The notes below the pieces were generated by a model. That model saw only the letters and a program-made list of their open reading frames with translations. It did not search any database and was not told the origin of the DNA. 64,000 nt of DNA from Octopus sinensis (taxonomy: Eukaryota). The stretch covers positions 62,186,001 to 62,250,000 of the forward strand of contig NC_043002.1 of the NCBI RefSeq assembly GCF_006345805.1, given 5' to 3'. A program made the position numbers and the translations under genes. Shown in pieces: positions 12,387-25,347 of the stretch (its first letter is position 1; each line of letters opens with the position of its first letter).

Positions 12387-12895
12387 GACCTCCTTCGGTC
12401 ATGAATGACCATGGAATTGTACCTAGAAAGTTACCCTCCGAGGTACAAGTCTGGGCAAGGTCGTTTATGGAAGACCAGCAGGCGCCCACGCATACAAGCC
12501 TCTCCTTTCTACGCCGCCGATGTTATCCAAGGGAAAGGCAAAGGCAGATACAGCTTGGCACCATTGACGTCGCAGCACATTTACTAACGTGCAAGTGGCT
12601 GAGCACTCCACAGACACGTGTACCCTAAACGTAGTTCTCGAGGTGATTCAGCGTGACACAGAGTGTGACAAGACTGGCCCTTTGAAATACAAGTACAACA
12701 GAAACAGGAAGAAAGAGTGAGAGAAAGTTGTGGTGAAAGAGTACAGCAGGGTTCACCACCACCCGCTGCCGGAGACGCGTGGAGCTTTAGGTGTTTTCGC
12801 TCAATAAACACTCACAATGCCCGGTCTGGGAATCGAAACCGCGATCCTACGACTGCGAGTCCGCTGCCCTAACCACTGGGCCATTGCGCCTCCAC
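12383..12895 (-). mobile_element. SINE family A head and body (12581-12895) joined to a different repeat 3' segment (12383-12580)
   Basis: Head tggcccagtggttagggcagcggactcgcagtcgtaggatcgcggtttcgattccc. Body matches 58771-59121 down to gcacgttag/aa, then switches to unrelated sequence ending ...catggtcattcatgaccgaaggaggtcacaa. Confidence 0.75.
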
Positions 12896-12937
12896 ACACA
12901 CGCAGACACACACACACACACGCAGACACAGACACAG

Positions 12938-13007
<70 letters not shown>

Positions 13008-13022
13008 CATATATGAATATCT

Positions 13023-13065
<43 letters not shown>

Positions 13066-13513
13066 AAGACACACGGGTACACAATCACACACGCACATAC
13101 ACACACACACACATAAATACATGTGTACATATCTGTAGTTATAGAGATATTCTTAGACAATAAGTGCAAGGGCTGAGCTGATGCACTTAACATAGATATA
13201 TAGATATTAATAGCAATGCTATACTTTAAGTAGTATCTCACTATTTTATTTGATATGCATCTACAGAAATTGTTTACATTTTCAAATAATTTTAATATAC
13301 GAATATATATACACCAAGTAACCGCTTACGATATACATTATAGAAGTGAAATTCATTACACTTGAGGAATGGATCTTGGTAAATATTATATATTGTAATT
13401 GCAAATGTTCGAGCATTGAAGAATTCAATATTTTCGAAACTTCCTTTAATGGTATACACATATTCTATCCATTGCATTTATATCTGTATCTATTAATACA
13501 CACAGACACACGT

Positions 13514-13551
<38 letters not shown>

Positions 13552-13753
13552 ACATGTATATACATATATATATATAATTACATATATATTTAACTTAAGT
13601 ATGTATATATGTGTATATATATTTATGTATATATATATATATATTATATATATATATATATAATAGGTTTATGTATTGTATACACACTCTCAAACATTAA
13701 TGTTGGCAAGCCTGCTCAAACACGAACGTACATTGAAACACTCAGACAGACAG

Positions 13754-13791
<38 letters not shown>

Positions 13792-13975
13792 TATATATAT
13801 ATATATAGAGTTTTATATAAGTATATATGTATGTATATATAATATATATATATATATATATACATCCATAAATACAGACACGTCTATATTCAAATTCATA
13901 TATATACACATGTATACACGTCTCTCTCACTTTTTCTCACTCTTTACATATATATATAATATATATATATATATA

Positions 13976-14023
<48 letters not shown>

Positions 14024-17000
14024 CATACATACATATATGTATATACATAAATATAGGCTTACACATACAGCTTTATAGACTTATATAGAGAAGTAAATAT
14101 TTCTGTGTTTTTGTACGTTTGTGTAATAGGATTATAATGTTCAAAACACCCTCCAGTCAACAATGGCGCAAAAGTAATTTCTGCTCACACAAATACACAT
14201 CCATCATAGACTCCATGTAATATATTTATTCATCTCATTTCTCTTGTTACACTTCAAATATCATCAAAATGAATTTACGACAATGAAATACTATAAACTT
14301 TGAAGAAACATATAAACGTACATAATTTTTACAGCGACAACAGCGATGACAAGAACATTTATTTTTATTGTTTCTATTATTATTTTTATTATTACGAAAT
14401 CGTTCGTTCTATGGCAATATAAAGAAATTTTGTTCTTTTTTGTCTGCTGTAATTTTCTACAGCATTATTTATTTCCCTTGCTTGCGTCTTGTTTCGTCTT
14501 TCTTTCAAGTCAAGTATCTCACAAGTTCCCGCTTTTTCTTTCCCTAGTTACCTTTTGTTTTCAATGCCCATACAATCAGAGAGAAAGCTCAAGTATTTGT
14601 GTGTTCACTGAAGCTCATAGAATGTCTAGTGAAATTCCTTTACAAATAACAAGTTCGTAATATCTAAAACTGGATTAACGTAGATACAAATGTATTCGTA
14701 GAAATGCTTTATCTGGACAAATAAATAAAAATAATAAAGGTAAAAATAAGATACAGAAAGAAGTTAAAAACTAAAAATGTCGTGGTTTCCCGTCTGTCAC
14801 GACTGGAGCATCTTTGATCATTCGATGGGCATGGGCACAGCTGACCAGTTTGCTAAACGACAAGAACTATGATATCTCTCGTAAGCGAAGACAAATCATT
14901 GACGTGAAAGCGTCACACGTTACAAATAACAATCGCATCTCTATAAAATTAAAACAATGCCTAAACACATAGGGTGAGAACATATGTAATAATTCATACT
15001 GTATTCGCTGTCTATGTGGATCAAAATTTCTTCCGAGATTCCTTCGGACATTTAAAGTTTACGTATCAAAATTCCAAAGTTGGCAACTTCCTTTGCAGCA
15101 CATCCATTATCATCATCATCATCGTTGTCGTCGTCGTATTCGTCTTCGTCGTCGACCCATTGATATTACTTTCTCGCTTTCTGGTTTTCATTGCATACGT
15201 GACGAACACCACCCCACCCCCGTCCACACACATACACCTGAAAGGGTCGCTAATCTCTTTTATCCCTTTCGGGGTCGATAAAGTGAAGTATGATCAGATA
15301 CTGTGTCGTGGGCGAATAGTCCTCTCTCTCTCAAAATTGCCAGCCTTTTCTAAATAAATGGCATTGCTTTTAAGAAAAGAACTGGCTGCTCGTGGTTGAA
15401 ATCGTTTCATTAAATGTGTGCTGAAAAAATGCAGGTCGATGATAGGCGAAAAATCAAACAAAAACATTCACCCCAGTATTCTCATTTTATTTGCAACAAA
15501 TATATTCTAAGCGTTTCTTCCTACATCCTTATCGGACGAAGTTTGCTAGGACATTTCTTACTCTTTCTCTCTATCACTATCTCATTGAAGTTCTGAGCCG
15601 AGGTTCAAATTGAATATTAATATTTAATATTTTCTGAAAGACATTACAGCAACTGTACATAAATATTCCATAACAGCTATCATAAATGTAAATGAACGTA
15701 TCAAAATTGGTAGTGTCCAATTATCACTATTACTTAAAAATGTACGTTTGTCGAAGACATCCATCAGCGCGCACGCACACACACATACACGAACACACAT
15801 ATACCTACACACACACACACACATATATATATATAAATATATATATATATGTATATATATATGCATACGTATATGTGTGGATTTGTCTGTGGTTGCTAAA
15901 ATCCTTGCCAGCGTTTCAATGTCAGATTGTGTGAATTCAAGACTCTTCAACCCTATTCAAATACGAAATTCACATTGGCCGCTTGCCACACCAAACACCA
16001 AGTATTTCAGGATGTATATACATTCTATTACCGTATATGGACATGTGTTTCTGATATTATTATCTGTAATAAATTTTTCATAGTAAGTAAAATTTTGGTG
16101 TAATATTTTCTTAAAGGGAATGTTACGTCGGTTTTGAGCTTGCAAATATTTTGTTAAAAACATTACCACTTTAAACATCCCATGTTTCCCCTAGAACTAT
16201 TATTCGCACCTAAAACTATTTATTAAACGAAACTTTGTTTTCAAAGAAAGAAGTGTGTGTTTTGGAATTTGGTTTCGTTTGTTTTGTGCATTATAATGTT
16301 ATAAACCAGGGTTAAAATAAAGAAATAAATGGACGGAATATTGAGCAAACACGTTATATTATAGACAGATATATTATACTAGTGACAAGAGGTACTGAAT
16401 TATGCAAGTAGTCAGCAAGAGGCAAAAGCGAAACAGCTTCAGTAGATAAAGACTTCCTAATTAGAAAGGCATTGTACGCTTTTGAAACTAGTTTTTTTTT
16501 CAATATAATATGCAATATAATTGTATTTTTTACATTTTCGTTTTGGCTAGTGAAACATATTTATGAAGAGAAAAGAATGGAATAGAATTATATGGAATTA
16601 TTTAAATGCGATATATTTATACATAGTTGACTATTAACGGATGTAAATGCAGTATTTCAAATTCAATATGGTGGCGTTGAGAAAAAGCAGATAGATAAAT
16701 GATAATGAGAAAGCAGACGACTATAAATACTGACAGAAGATCGTAATAATTTGCAGACGATCATTCACATTGACAGACGATTATATCAATTTAGAAACTA
16801 GAAAAAAAAAAAGAATACAGCAAAAAGAAATTAAAACAAGAAATAAGAGAGAAATGTAAAGTTGAAAGAAGCAATGAATTTTGCGATAAGAACACATAGT
16901 TGTGAATAGATTTATGCGATTTTTTAAATAAATAAATTAAAATGAAAATAAATCCATCAGAAGAGAATAATAGCATTGTAGAAGAGTATGAAAACATCCA

Positions 17001-17547
17001 AAAATAATTGTGAGAATGCGAGCCGGAAACAAATGTAGACGTGCTTCAGCAGTTAGGTAAATATTCCCAGAAGTGGTTCTGCTGTGTTATTTATTCGTGT
17101 TGTATTGACATGCTGGAATGCGAATAAAAGAAAATGGTTAGAAAAATATAAATTTATGAATAATATAGCAGAGAGATCGAATAAATATACAGAATAATAT
17201 ATATCTTTTGAACATAGTGGCATCATATTTATTAATATTACCAGGTATGTATTAATGGCAAATACATTGATGAAATATGGTTGTTTAATAACCATATTTT
17301 GCAAAATCAACTAAAACAACGGCGGAAAATTATAAATAATAATAATTTTATAAATAATATGAACAACTACTACAGCAGAAGCAACAACAACAACAACAAC
17401 AACAATAATCATAATAGTGATTTTAACAATAATAATAATCGCGCTTCATTATTGGAGTCAAGAAACAATCTATCCCATACCGAATATCAGATTGTTAATA
17501 CATGACAAAATATTTAGTATATATGCAAGGGTATATATATTTAGATA

Positions 17548-17917
17548 CTCTTTTACTTGTTTCAGTCACTTGACTGTGACCATTCTGGAGCACCGCCTTT
17601 CGTCGAGCAAATCGACCCCACGACATATTCTTTGTAAGCCTAGAATTCCCTTTTCCCGAACCGCTAGGTTACGGGGACGAAAAAACACCAGTTGTCAAGC
17701 GATGTGGGGGGGGGGAGAACACAGACACGCAAACATATACCTACAGACACACATACACACACACATACACATATATATAGTTTCCGTCTACCAAATCCAC
17801 TCACAAGGATTTGATCGGCCCGAGGCTATAGTAGAAGAGACTTTCTCAAGGGGCCACGCAGTGGGATTGAAACCGGAACCATGTGGCTGGTTAGCAAGCT
17901 ACTTACCACACAGCCAT
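17548..17917 (-). mobile_element. Composite SINE family B, near full length
   Basis: Reverse complement is colinear with 985-1345; has the head tggctgtgtggtaagtagcttgct and the tail ggcggtgctccagaatggtcacagtcaagtgactgaaacaagtaaaagag. Confidence 0.88.
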
Positions 17918-17989
17918 TCTTACGCCTATAAACATAGATAGATAGACAGATAAATAAATGGAAAGTTAGATAAATAGACAGACAAATAG

Positions 17990-17993
17990 ATGG

Positions 17994-18083
<90 letters not shown>

Positions 18084-18105
18084 TTAGATAGATAGATGGA
18101 TAGAT
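17990..18105. repeat. (GATA)n microsatellite
   Basis: Direct reading. Confidence 0.95.
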
Positions 18106-18815
18106 AGAACTATCGCATTGCGATAAATTTAATACCATTAAAAAGTAACATAATGTAGAATGTGTATTCACTACACTATTACTCGTTTATGACGATTCTT
18201 TTCCGAGATTCACAAAGGAAAATATTCGTATCGCGATAAATATAATACCGTTAAATGAATCTTATAATCTACAACATGCATTGACAACTCCCTTGCACAT
18301 TCGTTGACTGTAACATTTGAATCTATGCGTGAAATATAGGAATGGGTGTCCTTTTTGCGAATGTATTATTCTTTGTGATCAATGTACACGTGCGTGTGAG
18401 ACATATACAAAAGCTTTTGTTTTAAATGAGGCTGCTTCATGACTTCCTCCAAATGCAGCGCTAAAGAAACGCATTTAGCTTTTGTTGTTAGTATAGATGT
18501 GTTTCCTCCGATTTCACTTGTAAAGAATAAATTTCAATTGAATCAAATGTGTGTAGGCGTTTAGTAGAGAAAGAGTGAAAGAGAGAGTGAGACAGAGAGA
18601 GAGAGACGGGTGGACAAAGATGTGTAAACGAAATATAGAAGAAAACGAAAAACCAGGTGATCTTAGATCGTATATAATAAAAGTAAAAGAGAAGAATGAG
18701 TACGTAAATGGAGACGGGATAATGTGCATATATTATACATTTAGAGGTGCTTTGCGTGTTTCTGTTTGGGCCAGTTACGTGGGATTTCCGGAATACGTTT
18801 ATATATGGCCTGAGA

Positions 18816-19040
18816 AGGCGGCGAGCTGGCAGAAACGTTAGCGCGCCAGGCGAAATGCTTAGCGGTATTTCGTCTGTCGCTAGGTTCTGAGTTCAAATTC
18901 CGCCAAGGTTGACTTTGCCTTTCATCATTTCGGGTCGATAAATAAAGTACCAGTTTCACACTGGGTCGATGTAATCGACTTAATCCCTTTGTCTGTCCTT
19001 GTTTGCCCCCTCTGTTTAGGCCCTTGTGGGCATTAAAAAA
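18816..19040 (+). mobile_element. tRNA-derived SINE, family C
   Basis: ggcggcgagctggcagaaacgttagc...gttctgagttcaaattccgcc (B-box-like gagttcaaattc)...cctttcatc.tttcgggtcgataaat..gtaccagtt. Matches 47810-47960 and others. Confidence 0.85.
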
Positions 19041-19170
19041 ATATATATATATGGCCTGTGTATACATACATATGGCAGTTCATTTACGTATCCCATCCGG
19101 TTATACGTAGATAGATAAAAATGTATACACACACATATATATATACAAATGTGTATGTTTGTGTGTATAT

Positions 19171-19226
<56 letters not shown>

Positions 19227-19324
19227 GCATACACATATAGGACACACGTATATATATATATGTACATGCATCATATTTATATATATATATATATACATGC
19301 ATACACACTCACACACATTCTCTT

Positions 19325-19462
19325 TTACTCTAGGCACAAGGCTCGAAATTTGAGGGGAGCTGGGTAGCCGATTAGATCAACCCCGGTAGGCAACTAGTAA
19401 TTAATTTATCGACCCCGAAAGGATGAAAGGCAAAGTCATCCTCGGCGAAACTTGAACTCATT
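19325..19462 (-). mobile_element. SINE family C fragment
   Basis: atttatcgaccccgaaaggatgaaaggcaaagtc is the reverse complement of the family C core. Confidence 0.75.
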
Positions 19463-19496
19463 ACGCACGCACAAACACACACACACACACACACAC

Positions 19497-19536
<40 letters not shown>

Positions 19537-19859
19537 CGAGGTATGTAATTATACAAGTTTGTCATTATATTGTTTAGCTTCGGCAACAACGAGCATGTAT
19601 TAGCGTTAGTCATAGTGAATGCTTGTGTGTTGTGTGTGTTCGTGGGATTGGGAGTGTACGCACAACAATGAAAGCTGGAGTGTGAATTTCTCTATATTAC
19701 TTTCACATTATGTTCCCAGATTTAACAACGAGTGCTAAATAATGTTAAAATTTGAAAGTACATTAAAACACTGTTGCCGTTTCAATCATATTATTGTAAA
19801 AACTTTAGTACACAACAAGTTAATTAAGCATGTGTAGATATAAAAATATATGGTACTGC

Positions 19860-19876
19860 ATATATGTACATGAAAC

Positions 19877-19932
<56 letters not shown>

Positions 19933-20009
19933 TATATATATGTATATATACATACATATATATTATATATATGTATATTATATATATATAATATATACAT
20001 ATATATATA

Positions 20010-20092
<83 letters not shown>
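19860..20092. repeat. Long interrupted (TA)n microsatellite
   Basis: Direct reading. Confidence 0.95.
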
Positions 20093-20094
<2 letters not shown>

Positions 20095-20142
20095 AAGCAA
20101 TAATAAATCTCTGAACGAGATGTAAACAGTAAATGCACCACA

Positions 20143-20377
20143 ATGTAAGGTATACTAGCCATCTCAATATGGCTAACCACTAAGGCTGTGTGTTACTGTA
20201 GCTTGTATCAGCAGGAGAACATCGTCTCCAGCTGGCTTTTGGCACTCTTTCTGTGAACTTATGATATTTGCAAAGGGAGGTCATCCCTCCCTCGTCAACC
20301 TAAGTGATACACACGGACTGCAGTTTCTAGGTATTTGCTTGTGTTCAGCGTATTGAGATGGCTATTATACCTTACAT
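20143..20377. mobile_element. 235-bp MITE-like element with 27-bp terminal inverted repeats (1 mismatch)
   Basis: Left atgtaaggtatactagccatctcaata (20143-20169); right tattgagatggctattataccttacat (20351-20377). Termini TGT...ACA; no clear TSD. Confidence 0.7.
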
Positions 20378-20397
20378 ATATATATATATATAATATA

Positions 20398-20438
<41 letters not shown>

Positions 20439-20512
20439 ATATATATATATATTATATATATATGTATATATGTATATGTATATATGTATATATATATTAT
20501 ATATGTATATAG

Positions 20513-20572
<60 letters not shown>

Positions 20573-20574
20573 AT

Positions 20575-20955
20575 AAAAATATTAGGGAATAAATCCAAAC
20601 TTACATGGAAAAATCAGATTTAGGATTGAATCCAATTTTATAGTAAAATCTTATATTATAATAAATTAGAGACAAAACCACTATTAGGCAAATCAAACAA
20701 TGAAAAACTTAATCCAATACATAATATTATTTAATTATATTATTTAAATATATAACACAATTATTAAAAAATATAATTAATATCACACTACGATCGTTTC
20801 ATGCCTGCTAACATCTTCAAATGTTTGAGTCGCAGTCATTCATCAGGTGGTTTAAATATTTAACTTGGCGAGGTTTAAACAATGAACTCGCCAAGTGAAT
20901 TTGCCTAAGTTAATTTGTTTGATTTGCCTAATAGTGGTTTTGTCTCTAATTTAAT
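20575..20955 (-). mobile_element. ORF-less Penelope-like terminus: 39-bp inverted repeats, 10-bp hairpin and hammerhead, between (TA)n arrays
   Basis: 20662-20700 and 20915-20953 are perfect reverse complements. Hairpin acttggcgag/ctcgccaagt at 20863-20896. Hammerhead at 20786-20849. Confidence 0.7.
20786..20849 (-). ncRNA. Type I hammerhead ribozyme motif with a canonical core
   Basis: Minus strand: cac CTGATGA atgactgc-(23-nt loop)-gcaggcat GAAAC gatc GTA gtg. Stem II 7/8 paired; palindromic GATC loop on a 2-bp stem III; cleavage triplet GUA; stem I only 3 bp contiguous. Confidence 0.75.
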
Positions 20956-20978
20956 ATAAATATTATATATATATATAT

Positions 20979-21021
<43 letters not shown>

Positions 21022-21025
21022 ATTA

Positions 21026-21093
<68 letters not shown>

Positions 21094-21107
21094 TATATAG
21101 ACACGGG

Positions 21108-21480
21108 AGTGGCTGTGTAGTAAGTAGGTTTCTTTCCAACCACATGGTTCTGGTTTCAATCACACTGCTTGGCATCTTAGGCAAGCATTTTCTAGTATAG
21201 CTCTGAAGGGATGAAAGGCAAAGTCAACTCCGGCGGAATTTGAATTCAGAACGTAAAGACAGACGAAATTCCGCTGAGCAGATTGCTTGGCATGCAAATA
21301 TTTCTGCCAGCTTGCAAACCTTTCCACACAAAAAATAATTTTTTCCTACTCTAGGCACAAGGGCCGAAATTTTGCGGGTAGGATCCAGTCGATTAGATCA
21401 ACCCCAGAACGCAATTTGTACTTAATATATGGACCCCGAAAGGATGAAAGGCAAAGTGGACCTCTGCGTAAAACTGTATT
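21108..21480. mobile_element. Cluster of SINE B head (+) and SINE C fragments (-)
   Basis: gtggctgtgtagtaagtaggtttctttccaaccacatggttc, followed by gggatgaaaggcaaagtcaactccggcggaatttgaattcagaacg and ggaccccgaaaggatgaaaggcaaagt. Confidence 0.75.
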
Positions 21481-21849
21481 TCAACTGTTCACATCAAGTG
21501 AAAATTTTTTCTCATCGTGAGAAGTACAGTTTGGTGACGTATCCTGCCACCAAAAGTTGTTCGCTGTTTGTAAATAGTGTGTATTTTACAACGTTTACCA
21601 ACAATTTGAAAGCTGTATTTCAAGTGGAGCAGACCAGTTTCTAATCTGAGTACCAGAGGGCTTGGAGTACCCGAATGCCCAGAAGATTTTTTGGTGTGTT
21701 TTGTTGAACTGTTGTTTTCTTCTTCTATTGTTTAATGTGACTTTTTATTGAACTGTTTGCTTTTTTATTCTTCCCTATTGTTTCCTTTTGATTTCTCTCT
21801 TCTCTTTTTGAAATTCGTGAACTATTGTTTGGGACTTTTTAAATTTTAA

Positions 21850-22200
21850 ACAGGGCAAAAAATACGGATAAGATTGTAGAGTGGGAGATTGTCCCACCTA
21901 AGGAGTAGATGAGACAGCAAGAGGAGAGGACGTTGGTGTTGAGAACGTATTCGAAGGTTCTCGACACCATTGCCATCTTTTCCAAGCAGCTGATTAAGCA
22001 GGAGTTGGTGTATATCTCTAGGGGTGTCAAATATCCAACGGTGTTTGCTGTTTGACACCCCAGAGAAGGCTCGCTGTTTTGCGAGCCAGCCCTTTGAGGG
22101 TAAAGAAATCTTGTTTCTTCCCACTTATTGGCTTGGGTCTGTGGTTTGCCACCCGGAATTCATAACTATTTTATCGGTGGTTAGAGGTGGGGTGGGTTCG
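21850..22200 (+). mobile_element. Probable decayed ORF1 fragment of an L1/Tx1-group LINE
   Basis: Broken frame EWEIVPPKE*MRQQEERTLVLRTYSK...YISRGVKYPTVF..DTPEKARCFASQPFEGKEILFLPTYW resembles Tx1-type ORF1 N-termini (recognised from memory, not searched). GC-richer than flanks. Confidence 0.35.
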
Positions 22201-24341
22201 AGTCACATGACTAGCTTTCGATTCTCTTCTACCCAAAATAATGTTTAACTCAATTTTTACATGCAATTATTTACTGCTTTATCAACTTCGATTGCTACCG
22301 TTTAAATACTACAGAAAAATGCGTCTTTCCAATATCTCAATTGTTACGACGTGCAAAATTCTCGCTGATGATAAGCAAAGCTTTTAAATGGCTGGAGGAA
22401 GGCATTGATTGTTTTGATGCAGAAGCTCTGCGTCTGACGTGTGTACAGAAGACGTAGGCTCAAGTCGCACTGACAGCATTGGACTTTTTCTATCCACAAG
22501 AAATTTAACAAAATAATTACTCCGTATCATAAGTAGTTTTATCTACTCCGAGTTCTACGCTTAAAAACGAATATCACCTTTATTTTTTAAACAACGTTTG
22601 AAGTTTGCAGTTTCACTTTTACTACAAAATAAAACTCTGCTTGCTTCGAAGTAATTTTCATGAACCTCGGCGCTTGCTTTGGAATAATTCCTTATTTCTA
22701 TCAAGGTATTCCTTCCTCTCTAACAGTATGGTATATTTCTTCTTTTTGTATGTTCCCTTTAAAGATTTTATAATAATTTATTCAGAACAGAGAGAGACAT
22801 ATTCTGATTTTCTCTATTTGATCCTTTTAATTTTGTTGATTATCATTTTATATCTAATTAGTAATTCCTGGCTGGGTTTGCATTTTAACATTTCTGGAAT
22901 TTAGGATATTGTTTCGTGCATGTCTCTAAATTGAATAGTATTAGATCTTTCAGATTATAACTATTATAATTACTATAATTATTATAATTCTAATTCTATT
23001 CATAAATGCCTCATTTAAATATTTGAGAATTTGAATTAATTTTCTTCTTCACAATAAAATGGCATATTTGTATCACTTTTTATTAAATATTAGTATTGAA
23101 TTCATGTATAGCTTAGAGAATATTCTACAACGGATTGTTACATGTAGATGGTCCCCGTATCATTCATATAGGGGAATGCTATCTTGTCTAGAGCACCTGT
23201 ATCTATAACCAGTTTGTTTCACCTGCAACGGTAATGAAGAGGTGAATGGTGACAAAATTACTAAAGTTTTGATAATCAAACGTGCATTTTAAAACTTTGT
23301 TTTATATCGCCATTAATGATTTCAGTATGAAATTATCAAGCTTACATGGATGAGGAGTAACATTTTTTCACTCTTTCTGGTACCCTGATGAGATGATATT
23401 ACTGTTAAGAATAAAAATCAGTCGCAATATAGCTGTTTACATATATCCATGGATTAAATCATATGGCAGAATGGGTCATTAATTGTTAGTTTGAACTCAC
23501 TGGAATGCTTGCTTTGGAAAATATCTTGTTTTAAAACCATTTATGCTTTGATAATGTTATGAATGATTTCTGAATTATTGCTTCAATTCATGTCGATTGG
23601 TTGCCATTTTATAAAGAGGCCATTTTTCGGGGGTTTTTTTTCCATAAAGGAGAGGTAAATTCCACTATCGTTATCTTAGGATACGTAATATCCTGTTATA
23701 GGAATTTAAAAAGTCTACTCTGAATAGTTTACTATTGTGCAAGTTATGACTTGAATATAAAAGTTTTACGCAAGTTTATAATATTTGTTTCACACATATA
23801 AATCTGGTGGTAGAAATGTTTTTCTTATTTACATAAGAGATTATTAAATATGAATAATGATCAGTAAGGATTATTAATCTAATTGCGATAATTGATATTA
23901 ATAATGATAGGCGCAAATCCTAGTAGAGTGACAAAATGTAAGGTGACACATTAAGCACACTGTCTTATTAATTATCGTCCATCCATGTTCTGATTAATAG
24001 GTTTCCAGTTGTCGACATTTGAATTTGATAAATTGATATATTAAAATAAATTTTAAATGCCAGCGGCAACATAGTTTGCAGGCATATTTACATGCTCGGC
24101 TTCAATCAAATTTTCTCAAAGTTATGGTGGGAACTATTTACAGAAAGACTACATCTAATCCTTGTGATCCGCACATATCTGTCAGTAGTGAGATCTTGTG
24201 CTTTTCCTAACCCAGATCAGTTTGGATTCGTATAATCCAGTGTTTCGAATGTTGGGTTTTGCTTGCTAACATCTTATACTTTGGAACGCCATATTTAGTC
24301 TTTCAATACTTCTAGGCTCGAATTTCTATTATTCTTGTTGT

Positions 24342-24805
24342 TGTTGAGTGATAGAGCAGCACATGCCATCAAACTGACATTAGGGTAACATATATACCCA
24401 TCAGCGTCTACCCGTCTCATAAAGGTACACTAGGCACATGCATTACAACCATATGTGCGCGACACGGTGATCTTATATCAAGATAAACATCGCGTGACCC
24501 TGCAGGTGGGGCCCAGTTAGAATTTTCTTCAGGTCGAGTGGGCCATCCGCTCAAAAGGTCCCTAAAGAAGAGTTGTTTAAGGATGTTCACCGAAACACCC
24601 ATGTTTTCAAAGGTGAATTATACAAATCCCAAATACTTCCTCTCAGCACATGGCTATGATGCTCCCCCACTATTTCTGCTCGCGATCAGAGATGCACATA
24701 TCATCAGCTAGTAAGGGGCATGTTCAACTGGTTATGGTCAATCAGCTGACAAGCAAATCTGTGGTATTGAGCAGAATATTTGCCGTAGCCCATCTTTTAT
24801 GCCAA
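24342..24805 (-). repeat. Interspersed repeat, inverted homolog of 30040-30545
   Basis: Shared blocks such as gcaaatattctgctcaataccaca, ggggagcatcatagcc, gggaccttttgagcggatgg, gaagaaaattctaact and ctttgatggcatg. Confidence 0.75.
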
Positions 24806-24814
24806 GACAAAGGA

Positions 24815-24834
24815 ATTTATTACTATTATTACTA

Positions 24835-24885
<51 letters not shown>

Positions 24886-24911
24886 TATTATTATTATTAT
24901 TATTATTATTT
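24815..24911. repeat. (TAT)n/(AAT)n microsatellite
   Basis: Direct reading. Confidence 0.95.
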
Positions 24912-25347
24912 TACTTCACAGAATTCTTGGTTTTCTTTGCTCTGATTGATTCTGTGAGAGCGGAAAACAACTTCATTTTTTGAGTTCTCACAGGGTTACT
25001 TTCGGAAATTAAAAGCTTTGGTGCTTGGATGTTAACACTCAACACACAAGCACCAATCTCAAAATCCTACCTGTCCCTAATAGATCAGATTTGGGGTCTG
25101 CTCTGCCCTCATATCAGTTCTAGTTTCTCTCATATATTTCTCGAACCACGTTGTTAGCACTCCGAGTGCCCCTAAAACTACTGCCCTTATTACCCATATT
25201 TTATATTCTTGTATTTTGTTTTTTAGTAATTCATATTTCTCCATCTTTGCAAGCTCTTTGTCATCTACATGTGCATCCCCAGGTATGTTAATATCTATTA
25301 ACTAGGTTCCCTTTTGTCTTTTATCTACCATCAAAAGGTCTACTCCC

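Noticed and set aside
12800-12895. tRNA gene-like sequence in SINE heads (also at 900, 59050 and 59880)
   Set aside because: A/B-box-like motifs are present, but no complete cloverleaf, and they continue into multi-copy SINE bodies.
13410-13450. TTGAAGA...GAAAC hammerhead-like spacing
   Set aside because: C3 is changed, stem II is unpaired and there is no GUH after the loop. Too decayed to support.
19770-19815. GAAAC-ggca motif on the minus strand between TA arrays
   Set aside because: No CTGANGA core and no cleavage triplet.
23170-23215. LVIDTGA aspartic-protease-like motif on the minus strand
   Set aside because: Isolated 7-residue match bounded by stops, with no other LTR-element domain nearby.
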